From positions 2,016,001 through 2,080,000 of the forward strand of contig OZ252220.1 in the NCBI GenBank assembly GCA_965249135.1: a DNA stretch of 64,000 nucleotides, written 5' to 3'. Positions within the stretch are counted from its first letter, which is position 1; every line of letters begins with the position of its first letter. The stretch is from Alphaproteobacteria bacterium. Lineage in GTDB: Bacteria > Pseudomonadota > Alphaproteobacteria > GCA-2746255. The notes under the pieces are model-generated. The model was not told the origin of the DNA. It worked only from the letters and a program-made list of their open reading frames with translations, and ran no database searches. Shown one piece after another: positions 20,293 to 29,584 of this stretch. Position numbers and translations under genes: made by a program.

Positions 20293-21351
20293 TCATGGGC
20301 GGGTCCCGCTGCCACGATTCGATATGGCGCACGGGTCAAGCGGCCAACGGGGCTTCGCCGCAAAATCGAGGCCGTCCGTTAACCCAAGACGAAGGCGTTC
20401 GATACCAGCCCAGGCGATCATCGCGCCATTGTCTGTACAAAGGTTCTGAGGCGGTACGTGAAGCCGCATGCCTTCACCTTCGGCCAGTTCGGAAAGACGT
20501 GCCCGCAAATATTCGTTGGCGGCGACCCCGCCGGCGATGACGAAGGCCTCTTGGTTCGGATGACGTGCCAGGAATTGCTGGATTGCGTTTCTGGACCGAT
20601 CTACCAGTACGTCGCCGATCGCCGCTTGGAAGGCGGCTGCGATATTCGCCAAATCTTCGGTTGGTTTGGGGCCCTTCGCGAGCTTTGCGACGGTTTGCCG
20701 GACGGCCGTTTTCAATCCAGAGAGGGAAAGGTCACATCCCTCCCGCCCGATCATCGGCCGCGGAAGATCGATGCCTTTCGCATCGCCTTTCTTGGCCAGC
20801 TCCTCAACCTTCGGGCCACCCGGATAGCCGAGACCAAGAAGCTTTGCCGTCTTGTCGAAGGCCTCTCCTACTGCATCGTCAATCGTAGAGCCAAGCAAAA
20901 GGTAATTGCCAACGCCTTCCGCGATCACAAACTGCGAATGCCCTCCGGAAACAAGAAGAAGGAGGTAAGGAAAATCGATATTTTCCAAAAGACGAAATGA
21001 AAGGGCATGTCCCTCCAGATGATTGATGGCGAGAAAGGGAAGTCCATGAAAGGCGGCGATGGCCTTTGCTGTCATTACACCCACTAGAAGGCCACCGATT
21101 AAACCGGGTCCAGCCGTCGCCGCAACGCCGTCAAGCTCATCGAATTCAAGCTCCGCGTCCGCTATGACCCCCGCCACGATTCCATCCAGATAATCGAGAT
21201 GGGCACGCGCAGCGATCTCCGGAACAATGCCGCCATAGGGTTCGTGAGCCGCTACCTGAGAATGGATGCACTCTGCCAGAACTTGGCGTTGGTCGTTTAC
21301 GATTGCGGCGGCGGTCTCGTCACAACTGCTCTCTAAGCCAAGGACGATCAT
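20293..21351 (-). CDS. tsaD: tRNA threonylcarbamoyltransferase TsaD
   Basis: GLESSCDET, HLEGH, DDAVGEAFDK and CTDNGAMIA. Confidence 0.97.
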   Translation of the reverse strand: MIVLGLESSCDETAAAIVNDQRQVLAECIHSQVAAHEPYGGIVPEIAARAHLDYLDGIVAGVIADAELEFDELDGVAATAGPGLIGGLLVGVMTAKAIAAFHGLPFLAINHLEGHALSFRLLENIDFPYLLLLVSGGHSQFVIAEGVGNYLLLGSTIDDAVGEAFDKTAKLLGLGYPGGPKVEELAKKGDAKGIDLPRPMIGREGCDLSLSGLKTAVRQTVAKLAKGPKPTEDLANIAAAFQAAIGDVLVDRSRNAIQQFLARHPNQEAFVIAGGVAANEYLRARLSELAEGEGMRLHVPPQNLCTDNGAMIAWAGIERLRLGLTDGLDFAAKPRWPLDPCAISNRGSGTRP

Positions 21352-21457
21352 AGTTTTCTGTCACTATCCGCCTTTCAAAATGAAGGGGCGGATGATGGTT
21401 TTTCCCTTCCGTAATAACCACTTTACCTTGCGGGTCAGCAAGCACTACACACATGGC

Positions 21458-22399
21458 ATGGCCGAAAGAAAGCCCATTCGCATCGGCACGAGAGGTAGTA
21501 AGCTTGCGCGTGTCCAAGCAGAAGAGGTGATGAGCCGTCTGATGGCGGCCCATACGGCGCTTGCCGAGCCGGAGGCGCTTGCGATCCAGGTCGTTCGGAC
21601 GACCGGTGACCAGGTCCTCGACCGCCCACTCGCTGAGCTGGGCGGCAAGGGGCTCTTCACGAAAGAGATCGAGACGGCCTTGTTGGCAAACGAGATCGAT
21701 CTTGCCGTCCATTCCATGAAGGACGTTCCGACCTGGCTGCCCGATGGGCTCGTTATCGCCGGCTGTCTTCCTCGGGAAGACCCAAGGGATGCCTTCATTT
21801 CCCGCCGATATATAACATTTGCAGACCTACCGAGAAGGGCCATCTTGGCCACCTCTTCCCTTCGCCGCCAAGCGCAGGTCCTCAGTCGGCGATCCGACCT
21901 TCGGGTCGTACCCATGCGTGGGAATGTAGGAACCCGGCTTCGCAAGCTCTCGGAAGGGGAGGCGGATGCCATTCTTCTCGCCGTGGCCGGGCTCAAGCGG
22001 CTCAACCTTGCCGATCACGTCACCACCGTGCTTGAACCCGACGAGTTTTTGCCTGCTGCGGCGCAAGGGGCAATCGGGATCGAATGTCGAACCGATGACG
22101 ATGCGCTCAAGTCTCTCCTTAAACCGATCTTCGATGTGAACACAGATTGTTGCATCGCGGCCGAACGTGCAACCCTTGCCGCACTGGACGGTTCCTGTCG
22201 AACGCCGATTGCCGTGCTGGCAGAGCTCGTCGGCGAGGGCAAACTTTTCCTTCGTGCGATGGTTGCGCTGCCGGATGGCTCGCTTCGCTATGATGCGGAA
22301 CGTCGCGGGCCGGTTGCGGACGCGGAAGCACTTGGCAAAGACGCAGGCGAAGAACTTCGCGGCCGGGCAGGTCCGGATTTTTTTGCAGGGCTCGGCTGA
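21458..22399 (+). CDS. hemC: Hydroxymethylbilane synthase
   Basis: IGTRGSKLA, GGKGLFTKE, VHSMKD and RGNV. Confidence 0.97.
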   Translation: MAERKPIRIGTRGSKLARVQAEEVMSRLMAAHTALAEPEALAIQVVRTTGDQVLDRPLAELGGKGLFTKEIETALLANEIDLAVHSMKDVPTWLPDGLVIAGCLPREDPRDAFISRRYITFADLPRRAILATSSLRRQAQVLSRRSDLRVVPMRGNVGTRLRKLSEGEADAILLAVAGLKRLNLADHVTTVLEPDEFLPAAAQGAIGIECRTDDDALKSLLKPIFDVNTDCCIAAERATLAALDGSCRTPIAVLAELVGEGKLFLRAMVALPDGSLRYDAERRGPVADAEALGKDAGEELRGRAGPDFFAGLG

Positions 22400-22403
22400 C
22401 GAA

Positions 22404-23159
22404 ATGCAGGTTCTTTTAACCCGTCCGAAAGAAGACTCCGAAAGCCTTGCGGCCCTTCTTCAAGCGCGAGGAATCACAAGCCTTATCGAGCCGATGCTTA
22501 CGATCCGCCCGCGTACCAACGTCCGGCTTTCGATCGACGATGTTCAGGCCTTTCTCCTTACGAGCGCAAATGGCGCACGTTCTTTGGCAGAAGCCACACC
22601 GGAACGAGGCCTTCCGGTCTATGCGGTTGGGAACGTAACGGCAGAGATCGCGTGCGCCCTTGGTTTCAGGGAGGTGCATAGTGCGGCTGGGGATGTGCGT
22701 GCATTGGCGGACCTCGTCGTGGAGCATGTGGACCCAAAGGCTGGCCCTCTCCTACATGCGGCAGGCAAGACGGTTACCGGTGATTTGGCGATGCAGCTCG
22801 CCGATCGTGGGTACGACATAGCGTGCAAGACACTCTATGACGCAACGCCGGCGGAGAGGATTTCCCCCACCGTTGCCGAGGCACTTCAGAAAAGAGAGAT
22901 CACAGCGGTCCTTTTTTTCTCTCCCCGAACGGCGGCTGCCTTTGTTAGGCTAGCGAGCGAAGCCGGGCTTGCCCCTCACTGCGAACGGGTGTTTGCGCTC
23001 TGTCTCAGCCCCGCGGTGGCCAGAGAGGCAGATGCCATCCGTTGGCAAGAACTGCGGGTATCCGCACATCCGGATGTAGCTTCCCTTCTTCGTGATCTTG
23101 ATGACGTTGCGAATCACGCAGGCAAACGAAAACTCGGTAAAACTGGCCAAAACCGATGA
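22404..23159 (+). CDS. hemD: Uroporphyrinogen-III synthase
   Basis: VLLTRP, TSANG, AVG and FFSPRTA; directly follows hemC. Confidence 0.9.
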   Translation: MQVLLTRPKEDSESLAALLQARGITSLIEPMLTIRPRTNVRLSIDDVQAFLLTSANGARSLAEATPERGLPVYAVGNVTAEIACALGFREVHSAAGDVRALADLVVEHVDPKAGPLLHAAGKTVTGDLAMQLADRGYDIACKTLYDATPAERISPTVAEALQKREITAVLFFSPRTAAAFVRLASEAGLAPHCERVFALCLSPAVAREADAIRWQELRVSAHPDVASLLRDLDDVANHAGKRKLGKTGQNR

Positions 23160-24154
23160 ATGATCAAGAAAGTCCGACGACGAAAGCCAACGCAACGCCT
23201 GCACAAAAGAAAGGCCGGGTGCTTTGGATCGCCGCTCTTTTGTTGCTGGTGGGTCTCGGCGCGCTTTACTACTACGTTCCCTTGTCGAAGGAGCTTGCCG
23301 GATTGACAGCGACCGTGCCGCTTCCAAAAGCGTCGGAAACCCTTTCCGAGAGAATTACCGCCCTTGAAGAGATGCTGGCGACTCTTCCGCAAGCTTCTCC
23401 AGATTCGAGTTCGACATTGAATGCGATCGAAGCCGACATAGCCTCGCTCGACGCTCGGCTTGCCGCCCTCGAACAAAGAGCGACGCAAAATCCAAGCGGG
23501 AAAGAGACAGGGACTCTTAAACCAGAGACCGAAAAACTCCGAAACGAGCTTCAGAATCTTTCCTCGCGACTTGCAAACCTTGAGCGCGCTCCGGAAAAAG
23601 CCGCTTCGATTGACGTTCCCATGAACCCGCGCCTTCGCGCCGTCGAGGATCTCCGGGAGGGCCTTTGGGAGTATGGGCCCTTCAGCGAACGGTTAGCCGT
23701 TCTCTTATCGGTAGCGGGCGATGATCCGGTGGTGATGGAGGTGCTTGCGCCTATTACCGCTTATGCGGATCAGGGAATCCCAACGCTTCCGATGCTTCGC
23801 GTGCGATTCGATGACATGGCCGCGGCCGCGCTTGAAGCCGGATGGAAGAAGCCGGAAGCCGACTGGCGGGAAAGGATTCTTGCAAACCTTGCCAGCGTCG
23901 TGACGATTCGACGGACCGGGGATCTGGAAGGCGACGACCTGGAAGCGGTGCTCGCGCGTGCGGAAGTGGCCCTTAATTCTGGCGATCTTGAACGCACCGT
24001 TTCCCTTCTCGAGGGAATCGGAGAACCGGCCTTGAAAGCAGCGGAATCCTGGTTCCGTGATGCCCGTGCCCGCCTTGCGGCAGAGACCGCGATACGGCGT
24101 TTACGGCAGGTGGCTTTCTCGAAGGGAAAAACACCGACGGAATCGCAACAATGA
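23156..24154 (+). CDS. COG4223/mitofilin (Mic60-like) membrane protein
   Basis: N-terminal TM helix, coiled coil, C-terminal GIPT...LARAEVAL..GDL...W..DARARL; located between hemD and hemY. Confidence 0.8.
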   Translation: MNDQESPTTKANATPAQKKGRVLWIAALLLLVGLGALYYYVPLSKELAGLTATVPLPKASETLSERITALEEMLATLPQASPDSSSTLNAIEADIASLDARLAALEQRATQNPSGKETGTLKPETEKLRNELQNLSSRLANLERAPEKAASIDVPMNPRLRAVEDLREGLWEYGPFSERLAVLLSVAGDDPVVMEVLAPITAYADQGIPTLPMLRVRFDDMAAAALEAGWKKPEADWRERILANLASVVTIRRTGDLEGDDLEAVLARAEVALNSGDLERTVSLLEGIGEPALKAAESWFRDARARLAAETAIRRLRQVAFSKGKTPTESQQ

Positions 24155-25530
24155 TTCGCGCTTTCGTGTTCTTTCTGATTCTTGCGATTCTTGTCGTGCT
24201 TACGGCATGGGTTGTTGAGCATCCTGGAGCCGTCCTTGTTACGTTTGGCGAATACCGTCTTCGTACCTCGGTTGGCTTTCTGGTCGTCGCAGCTGCATTG
24301 CTTGCATTTGCCATGACCTTCCTCGATCGAATCTGGCGTTATCTTGCGGTAGCACCTCACCGGATCGCCCTTGCCTTTCAGGAAAACCGTCGCCGGCGTG
24401 GCTACCGGGCACTCACTCAGGGCATGGTCGCGGCGGCGGCGGGGGATGCGGACGAAGCCGGCCGCCAGGCCAAACGGGCGGAGGGGCTTTTGCATGATCC
24501 GCCGCTTACCATGCTGCTTTCCGCGCAAGCCGCCCAACTGAGTGGCGATGAAGGCGCGGCGACCGGCTATTTCGAATTGATGCTTAACCACCCTGAGATG
24601 GCGTTTCTCGGTATCCGCGGCCTTTTCATGCAGGCCCTTCGAGAAGGGGACGAGGAAAACGCTCTCCGGCTCGCCCAGCGCGCCTATGAGCTTCATCCTA
24701 AGACGCCATGGGTCGTTCAGGCGCTCTTCGATCTGCAGGTGCGCGCCGGCAGGTGGGAGGAAGCCGAAGCAACGCTCAAGGATGCGACGTCACGAAAGGC
24801 GATTCCGACTACCGAAGGCAAACGGCAAACGGCCGTTCTTCTGCTTCGCCAAAGCGAAATTGCGGAAGGGCAGAGACGGGACCACGAAGCGCGGCGCTTC
24901 GCTCAGGATGCCTTGAAGCTGGCGCCCGATTTCGCGCCGGTGGCGGCCCACTGTGCACGGCTCTCTGCAAAGGAGGGGGATGTGCATCGCGCCGAAAAGA
25001 CGATTGAAAAAGCATGGTCAAAAGTACCGCATCCGGATCTTGCCGCTACCTATCTGGAAATATTTTCAGCTGAAGACGCATTGGAACGTCTGAAACGAAT
25101 TGAGAAATTGGTGGCACTCTATCCCGATCATCCGGAAAGCCATCTTGCCATTGCAGAGGCGGCGATCGCCGCGAAGATTTGGGGCGAAGCTAGAAATCAC
25201 CTAGCAGAAGCAATCGCAGCCATGCCATCGGTGCGTGCCTTTCGAAAAATGGCGGAACTTGAAGAGGCAGAAGCGGGAAAAGGGCGCACAGCCGAGCAAT
25301 GGCGTACACGTGCCACCGAAGCGTCGGCGGACAACATGTGGGTGTGTGCAAATTGTGGCGCGATTGCCGAATCTTGGTCCCCGACTTGTGCAAATTGTGG
25401 GGGGTTTGATGGCTTTCGATGGCGTTCCCCAAGGCTTGGTAGTATCGAGAGCACCGCTGCGTTTCGACGCCGTAGAGCCGGTCGAAGTAGCTGGTTTCCT
25501 AGAGAAAATTTAGCAATGCCTAACCGTTGA
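24151..25530 (+). CDS. hemY: HemY family TPR membrane protein
   Basis: Two N-terminal TM helices, LLSAQAAQ, FLGIRGL, PHPDL and C-terminal WVCANCG...CANC. Confidence 0.85.
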   Translation: MIRAFVFFLILAILVVLTAWVVEHPGAVLVTFGEYRLRTSVGFLVVAAALLAFAMTFLDRIWRYLAVAPHRIALAFQENRRRRGYRALTQGMVAAAAGDADEAGRQAKRAEGLLHDPPLTMLLSAQAAQLSGDEGAATGYFELMLNHPEMAFLGIRGLFMQALREGDEENALRLAQRAYELHPKTPWVVQALFDLQVRAGRWEEAEATLKDATSRKAIPTTEGKRQTAVLLLRQSEIAEGQRRDHEARRFAQDALKLAPDFAPVAAHCARLSAKEGDVHRAEKTIEKAWSKVPHPDLAATYLEIFSAEDALERLKRIEKLVALYPDHPESHLAIAEAAIAAKIWGEARNHLAEAIAAMPSVRAFRKMAELEEAEAGKGRTAEQWRTRATEASADNMWVCANCGAIAESWSPTCANCGGFDGFRWRSPRLGSIESTAAFRRRRAGRSSWFPRENLAMPNR

Positions 25531-25555
25531 CGTGGCGATTTTCTGCCGCTACCTT
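25527..25555 (+). promoter_or_regulatory. Sigma70-type promoter for tRNA-Thr
   Basis: TTGACG-N17-TACCTT about 20 bp upstream of the tRNA. Confidence 0.6.
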
Positions 25556-25574
25556 CGCCGCCTTCGCCGCCTTC

Positions 25575-25650
25575 GCCGCGTTAGCTCAGTTGGTAGAGCA
25601 CAGCATTCGTAATGCTGGGGTCGTAAGTTCGAGTCTTACACGCGGCACCA
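25575..25650 (+). tRNA. tRNA-Thr(CGT)
   Basis: GCCGCGT/ACGCGGC acceptor stem, anticodon arm CAGCA-TT-CGT-AA-TGCTG, TTCGA T-loop and encoded CCA. Confidence 0.97.
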
Positions 25651-25770
25651 TTTAACCTCCACTTCCCGAGACGCGCCCGGTGCGCTAGACTGTGCCTTCG
25701 CTTCCGGCGTCGTTCGCGAATCGAACGACGCAGTGCGGAGGCGTGATTGTGTATTTGGAGTTGCAGTCTA

Positions 25771-25980
25771 ATGTCAGTAGGAACGGTGAAGTGGTTCAAC
25801 CCGGCCAAAGGATACGGTTTTATTCAACCAGAGGACGGCTCGAAGGATGTGTTTGTGCATATCTCGGCCGTGCAGCGTGCGGGTTTGAATACATTAACCG
25901 AAGGACAGCGGGTTGAGTACGAGCTTGTGCCCGGCAAGAATGGTCGGTCTGCAGCCGAGAATTTGGTTGTCAGCGAGTAA
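25771..25980 (+). CDS. Cold-shock protein
   Basis: GTVKWFN..KGYGFI and DVFVHISA. Confidence 0.95.
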   Translation: MSVGTVKWFNPAKGYGFIQPEDGSKDVFVHISAVQRAGLNTLTEGQRVEYELVPGKNGRSAAENLVVSE

Positions 25981-26156
25981 TCGCGGCAAGCTACTCCACC
26001 ACCGCTAAAGGTTTCTGACGGCCGGCGTCGTTTTTCACTTCCGTGACATTCTCAGTCGGCAAGCCCTTGGTTCCTCAAGTGGGGTTCCGGCGAAAGGCGG
26101 CTGCGCCCGCAAACCTGGTGCCCTTAGACGGCTAGTTGTGGCCGAGGATTAGGGCC

Positions 26157-26216
26157 TTGACAGGGTTTCCCGGGCACGCTATTTTGGTTGCGATTGAGAA
26201 TGATTTGCAATCTCAT
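26157..26216 (+). promoter_or_regulatory. Promoter with Fur-like iron box upstream of the cupredoxin-FTR1 operon
   Basis: TTGACA(26157)-N17-TATTTT followed by ATTGAGAATGATTTGCAAT (26193-26211), similar to a Fur box. Confidence 0.65.
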
Positions 26217-26243
26217 CTAGCAATAGATCCTTACGGATCTGAG

Positions 26244-26597
26244 ATGAAACGACCAATTTATCAAAGACTTGGATATTTAACGGCGACCCTGTTCTTGGCC
26301 TTGGCCCTCTCCATTGGCCCGCTCTTGGCCGGCGATGAGGTCTACACGATCACCATTAAGGACCACCGGTTCGATCCAGTCGATCTGGAGATTCCTGCCG
26401 GCAAGAAGGTGAAGCTGCTCATCAAGAATCTCGACCCCACCCCGGAGGAGTTTGAAAGTTACGACCTCAACCGCGAGAAGATCATCGCTGGTGGCCGGGA
26501 AGGAACCGTCTATGTCGGACCGCTGGATCCGGGGACCTATGAATATTTCGGTGAGTTCAACCCGGACACGGCCCAAGGCCGCATCATCGCCAAGTAA
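26244..26597 (+). CDS. Periplasmic cupredoxin-domain protein (FtrB/EfeO-N-like)
   Basis: Signal peptide, F.P..LEIPAG, N.DPTPEEFES..LNREK and PG.YEYFGEFNP. Confidence 0.85.
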   Translation: MKRPIYQRLGYLTATLFLALALSIGPLLAGDEVYTITIKDHRFDPVDLEIPAGKKVKLLIKNLDPTPEEFESYDLNREKIIAGGREGTVYVGPLDPGTYEYFGEFNPDTAQGRIIAK

Positions 26598-26619
26598 CCA
26601 TTAGCCTTTTTGAAAAACC

Positions 26620-27501
26620 ATGCTCGCCAGTGCCCTGATCCTGTTTCGCGAAGTTTTCGAGGCGGCCCTCATCATCGGGATCGTTATGGCGGCGACGAAA
26701 GGGGTCTCCGGACGTAGCCGCTGGGTGCTCTATGGCATCGGCGGCGGCCTTGCCGGCGCCTCGCTGGTCGCGGCCTTTGCGCAAACGATCGGCGATGCGG
26801 CAGAAGGCATGGGTCAGGAATATTTCAACGCCGGCGTGCTGTTCCTCGCCGTCGTCATGCTCGGCTGGCACAACGTCTGGATGAGCCGCCACGGCCGCAA
26901 GATCACCAGCCAGATGAACGAGATGGGAAAAGCGGTTTCCTTGGGCGCCCGTCCGCTTTACGTGCTTGCCACCGTCGTCGGGCTTGCCACCCTGCGGGAG
27001 GGCTCCGAGATTGTGCTCTTCCTTTACGGTATTGCGCTCAGCGGCGCCGCCGCGATGGAAATGCTGATCGGCAGCGCAGGGGGGCTGGCCGGTGGCGTAG
27101 CGGTCGGCTTCGCCCTTTATTTCGGTCTCCTGCGCATTCCGACGAAGCATCTCTTCACCGTGACGAACTGGATGATCCTGTTACTGGCTGCCGGGCTCGC
27201 CTCCCAAGGCGCCCACTACCTTGTTCAGGCAGGCGTCCTGCCCACGTTCGGCCAGACGATCTGGGATAGCTCCCATCTCCTTTCCGAACGCAGCATGCTG
27301 GGTCAACTCCTTCATACATTGATCGGTTACAGCGCCCGGCCGGACGGTATCCAGCTCGTCTTTTATATCGTGACCTTGATTGTCATCGGTGCGCTGATGC
27401 AGCTCTATGGCGGCACAGCCATGCCGAAGCCGAACGCAGCCCTACGCACGATGGCAGCGCCTGCTGTCGGCGGGTCTTCTTCTTGCCGGCAGCGCCTCTA
27501 A
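26620..27501 (+). CDS. FTR1 family iron permease
   Basis: Two RExxE motifs (FREVFEA, LREGSE) and about 7 TM helices. Confidence 0.92.
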   Translation: MLASALILFREVFEAALIIGIVMAATKGVSGRSRWVLYGIGGGLAGASLVAAFAQTIGDAAEGMGQEYFNAGVLFLAVVMLGWHNVWMSRHGRKITSQMNEMGKAVSLGARPLYVLATVVGLATLREGSEIVLFLYGIALSGAAAMEMLIGSAGGLAGGVAVGFALYFGLLRIPTKHLFTVTNWMILLLAAGLASQGAHYLVQAGVLPTFGQTIWDSSHLLSERSMLGQLLHTLIGYSARPDGIQLVFYIVTLIVIGALMQLYGGTAMPKPNAALRTMAAPAVGGSSSCRQRL

Positions 27502-28188
27502 GGCACATGCGACCCATAAGGTCTATTCACCGCATGTCGAAGAGGGCGAAGCAGAGATCGAATTGCGAAGTCATGTGGACTTCGATGGCAATTCCTCGAA
27601 GAACAAGAAAAACAAACACAAGCTCGATCTTGGTTATGGCTTCACGGATTTCTGGTGGCAGGAAGTCGTTTTTGAATATGAACAGGTACAGGGAGAGAGC
27701 CTGAACTTTGAAGCGGTCGAGTTCGAAAGTGTTTTTCAATTAACGCCGCAGGGCGCCTACTACGCCGATCTTGGGCTATATGTCGAATATTCCCTCGCCG
27801 ATGATGCAGGCAAGGCCGACAAGGTGAAGCTCGGCCCCATTTTCCAAAAGGGCTTCGGACGGACGCTGATCACCTTCAACACGTTCTTCAGGAAAGAAAT
27901 TGGTGCGAACCAGGAAAAGGAACTCGAATTCGAGTATGGCTGGCAGGCAAAGTATCGCTTTATGCCTGAGTTCGAGTTTGGCTTGGAGGCCTTCGGTAAA
28001 CCCGGCGAGATCAACGACTTCAAGGCTGTCTCCGCACAAGAGCACCAGCTTGGCCCGGTCATTTACGGGAAATTCCCCTTAACGAACATGACCGCCTTCA
28101 AATACGAGGCAGGCCTGCTGTTCGGCCTCACGAGTGCTCCCCGAACACCACCTTCAAGTGGCTCTTGGAATACGAATTCCGCCTTTAA
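27461..28188 (+). CDS. Putative outer-membrane beta-barrel-like protein; frameshifted at both ends, possibly fused to FTR1
   Basis: Hydrophobic stretch plus AHA cleavage-like site, then alternating aromatic/polar beta pattern; a C-terminus PNTTFKWLLEYEFRL-stop (28186-28188) needs one extra base at about 28139. Confidence 0.6.
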
Positions 28189-28193
28189 AAAGC

Positions 28194-29456
28194 TTAGGAA
28201 AGCCAATCGGGGACCGATTCCCGAGCGAGGATCGATTCGACCGTCGGTCGCGGGCGAATCACCGCAAACCGGTCGCCATTGACCAGCACCTCCGGTACAA
28301 GCGGGCGCGTGTTGTACTCGGATGCCATGACGGCGCCGTAGGCCCCGGCCGAGCGAATGGCCAGCAGGTCTCCCGTCTGGACCGGCGGCAAGGGCTGGCC
28401 GCTTGCGAAAATGTCGCTGCTCTCGCAGACCGGGCCTACGATCTCGACCGGCTCCTGGTGATCGGCAGCCCCTGGCTCCGCCACGGGCTCGACGCGATGG
28501 GAGGCACCGTAAAGAGCCGGCCGGAGCAGGTCGTTCATGGCCGCGTCCACGATGACGAAGGGGCGCTCCGAGCCTGCCTTTACGTGGATAACCCGCGTTA
28601 CCAAGATCCCGGCATTGCCGGCAATCAGCCGGCCCGGTTCGAGGATCAATCGGCAATCGAGTGGCGCCGTTACCTGCCGGATCAGATCCGCATATTCCGA
28701 AGGCTCCGGAGGGAGTTCGTCACCATAGGGAATGCCAAGCCCGCCTCCGAGATCGAGCCGTTCGATCCGATGGCCATCTTCCTTAAGGGTCGTCACGAGC
28801 TCGGCCACCCGTGCGAAGGCGGCACGAAACGGCGCCAGGTCGACAAGCTGCGATCCGATATGAACGGCGATGCCGACGACCTCGATTCCGGGCAGGCTGG
28901 CGGCCAGCGCACAGGCGTTCTCGATGTGCTCCCTTTCGATACCGAACTTGTCTTCTCGACGCCCGGTCGCAATCTTCTGGTGGGTTTGGGGATCGACGTC
29001 CGGGTTCACGCGCAGTGCCACCGGGGCTTGCACGCCGCGCGCACTGGCCAGCTCGCTTAAGGCCTCCAGCTCGGCCTCCGATTCGACGTTGAACTGCAGG
29101 ATCTGCGAATCGAGCGCATGAGCCATCTCCTCCCTTGTCTTGCCGACGCCGGAAAAGACGATTCGTTCCGCCGGGATCCCCGCCGCCAGCGCGCGCTGGA
29201 GTTCGCCACCCGAGACGACATCAGCGCCGGCGCCAAGCTCGGCCAGCGTACGAAGCACCGCCTGGTTCGAATTCGCTTTTACGGCATAGCAGATCGTCGC
29301 ATTCTGGCCTTCGAAGGCAGCCTCGAACACGCCGTAATGGCGAACTAGCGTCGCCGTCGAATAACAATAAAACGGCGTACCGATCGCCTCGGCGATGCGG
29401 GGGATCGGTACCTCCTCGGCGGAGAGCACCCCGTCGCGATAGATAAAATGGTTCAT
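28194..29456 (-). CDS. lysA: Diaminopimelate decarboxylase
   Basis: YAVKAN, HIGSQ, DLGGG, EPGR, GPVCESSD and AGAYG. Confidence 0.97.
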   Translation of the reverse strand: MNHFIYRDGVLSAEEVPIPRIAEAIGTPFYCYSTATLVRHYGVFEAAFEGQNATICYAVKANSNQAVLRTLAELGAGADVVSGGELQRALAAGIPAERIVFSGVGKTREEMAHALDSQILQFNVESEAELEALSELASARGVQAPVALRVNPDVDPQTHQKIATGRREDKFGIEREHIENACALAASLPGIEVVGIAVHIGSQLVDLAPFRAAFARVAELVTTLKEDGHRIERLDLGGGLGIPYGDELPPEPSEYADLIRQVTAPLDCRLILEPGRLIAGNAGILVTRVIHVKAGSERPFVIVDAAMNDLLRPALYGASHRVEPVAEPGAADHQEPVEIVGPVCESSDIFASGQPLPPVQTGDLLAIRSAGAYGAVMASEYNTRPLVPEVLVNGDRFAVIRPRPTVESILARESVPDWLS

Positions 29457-29584
29457 TGCGGGTATTGCCTTGGGTAGTCGCTTTTCTTCCCAGGCGGTGG
29501 CTCAAGTGAACCCTTCTTGCCACAAGCGTTCAGCGTTATGGCAAGACAAAAGGCAAGCACCAGCGAAAGAATCGCCTGCCTCAT
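29453..29584 (-). CDS. LptM/YifL-like small lipoprotein (43 aa; missed by ORF track)
   Basis: [30 protein letters not shown]...: lipobox plus CGxKGxL; ATGA-coupled to argH and lysA. Confidence 0.85.
   Translation of the reverse strand: MRQAILSLVLAFCLAITLNACGKKGSLEPPPGKKSDYPRQYPQ

Noticed and set aside
25651-28190. Genomic island integrated at tRNA-Thr
   Set aside because: No integrase and no duplicated tRNA 3' end found.
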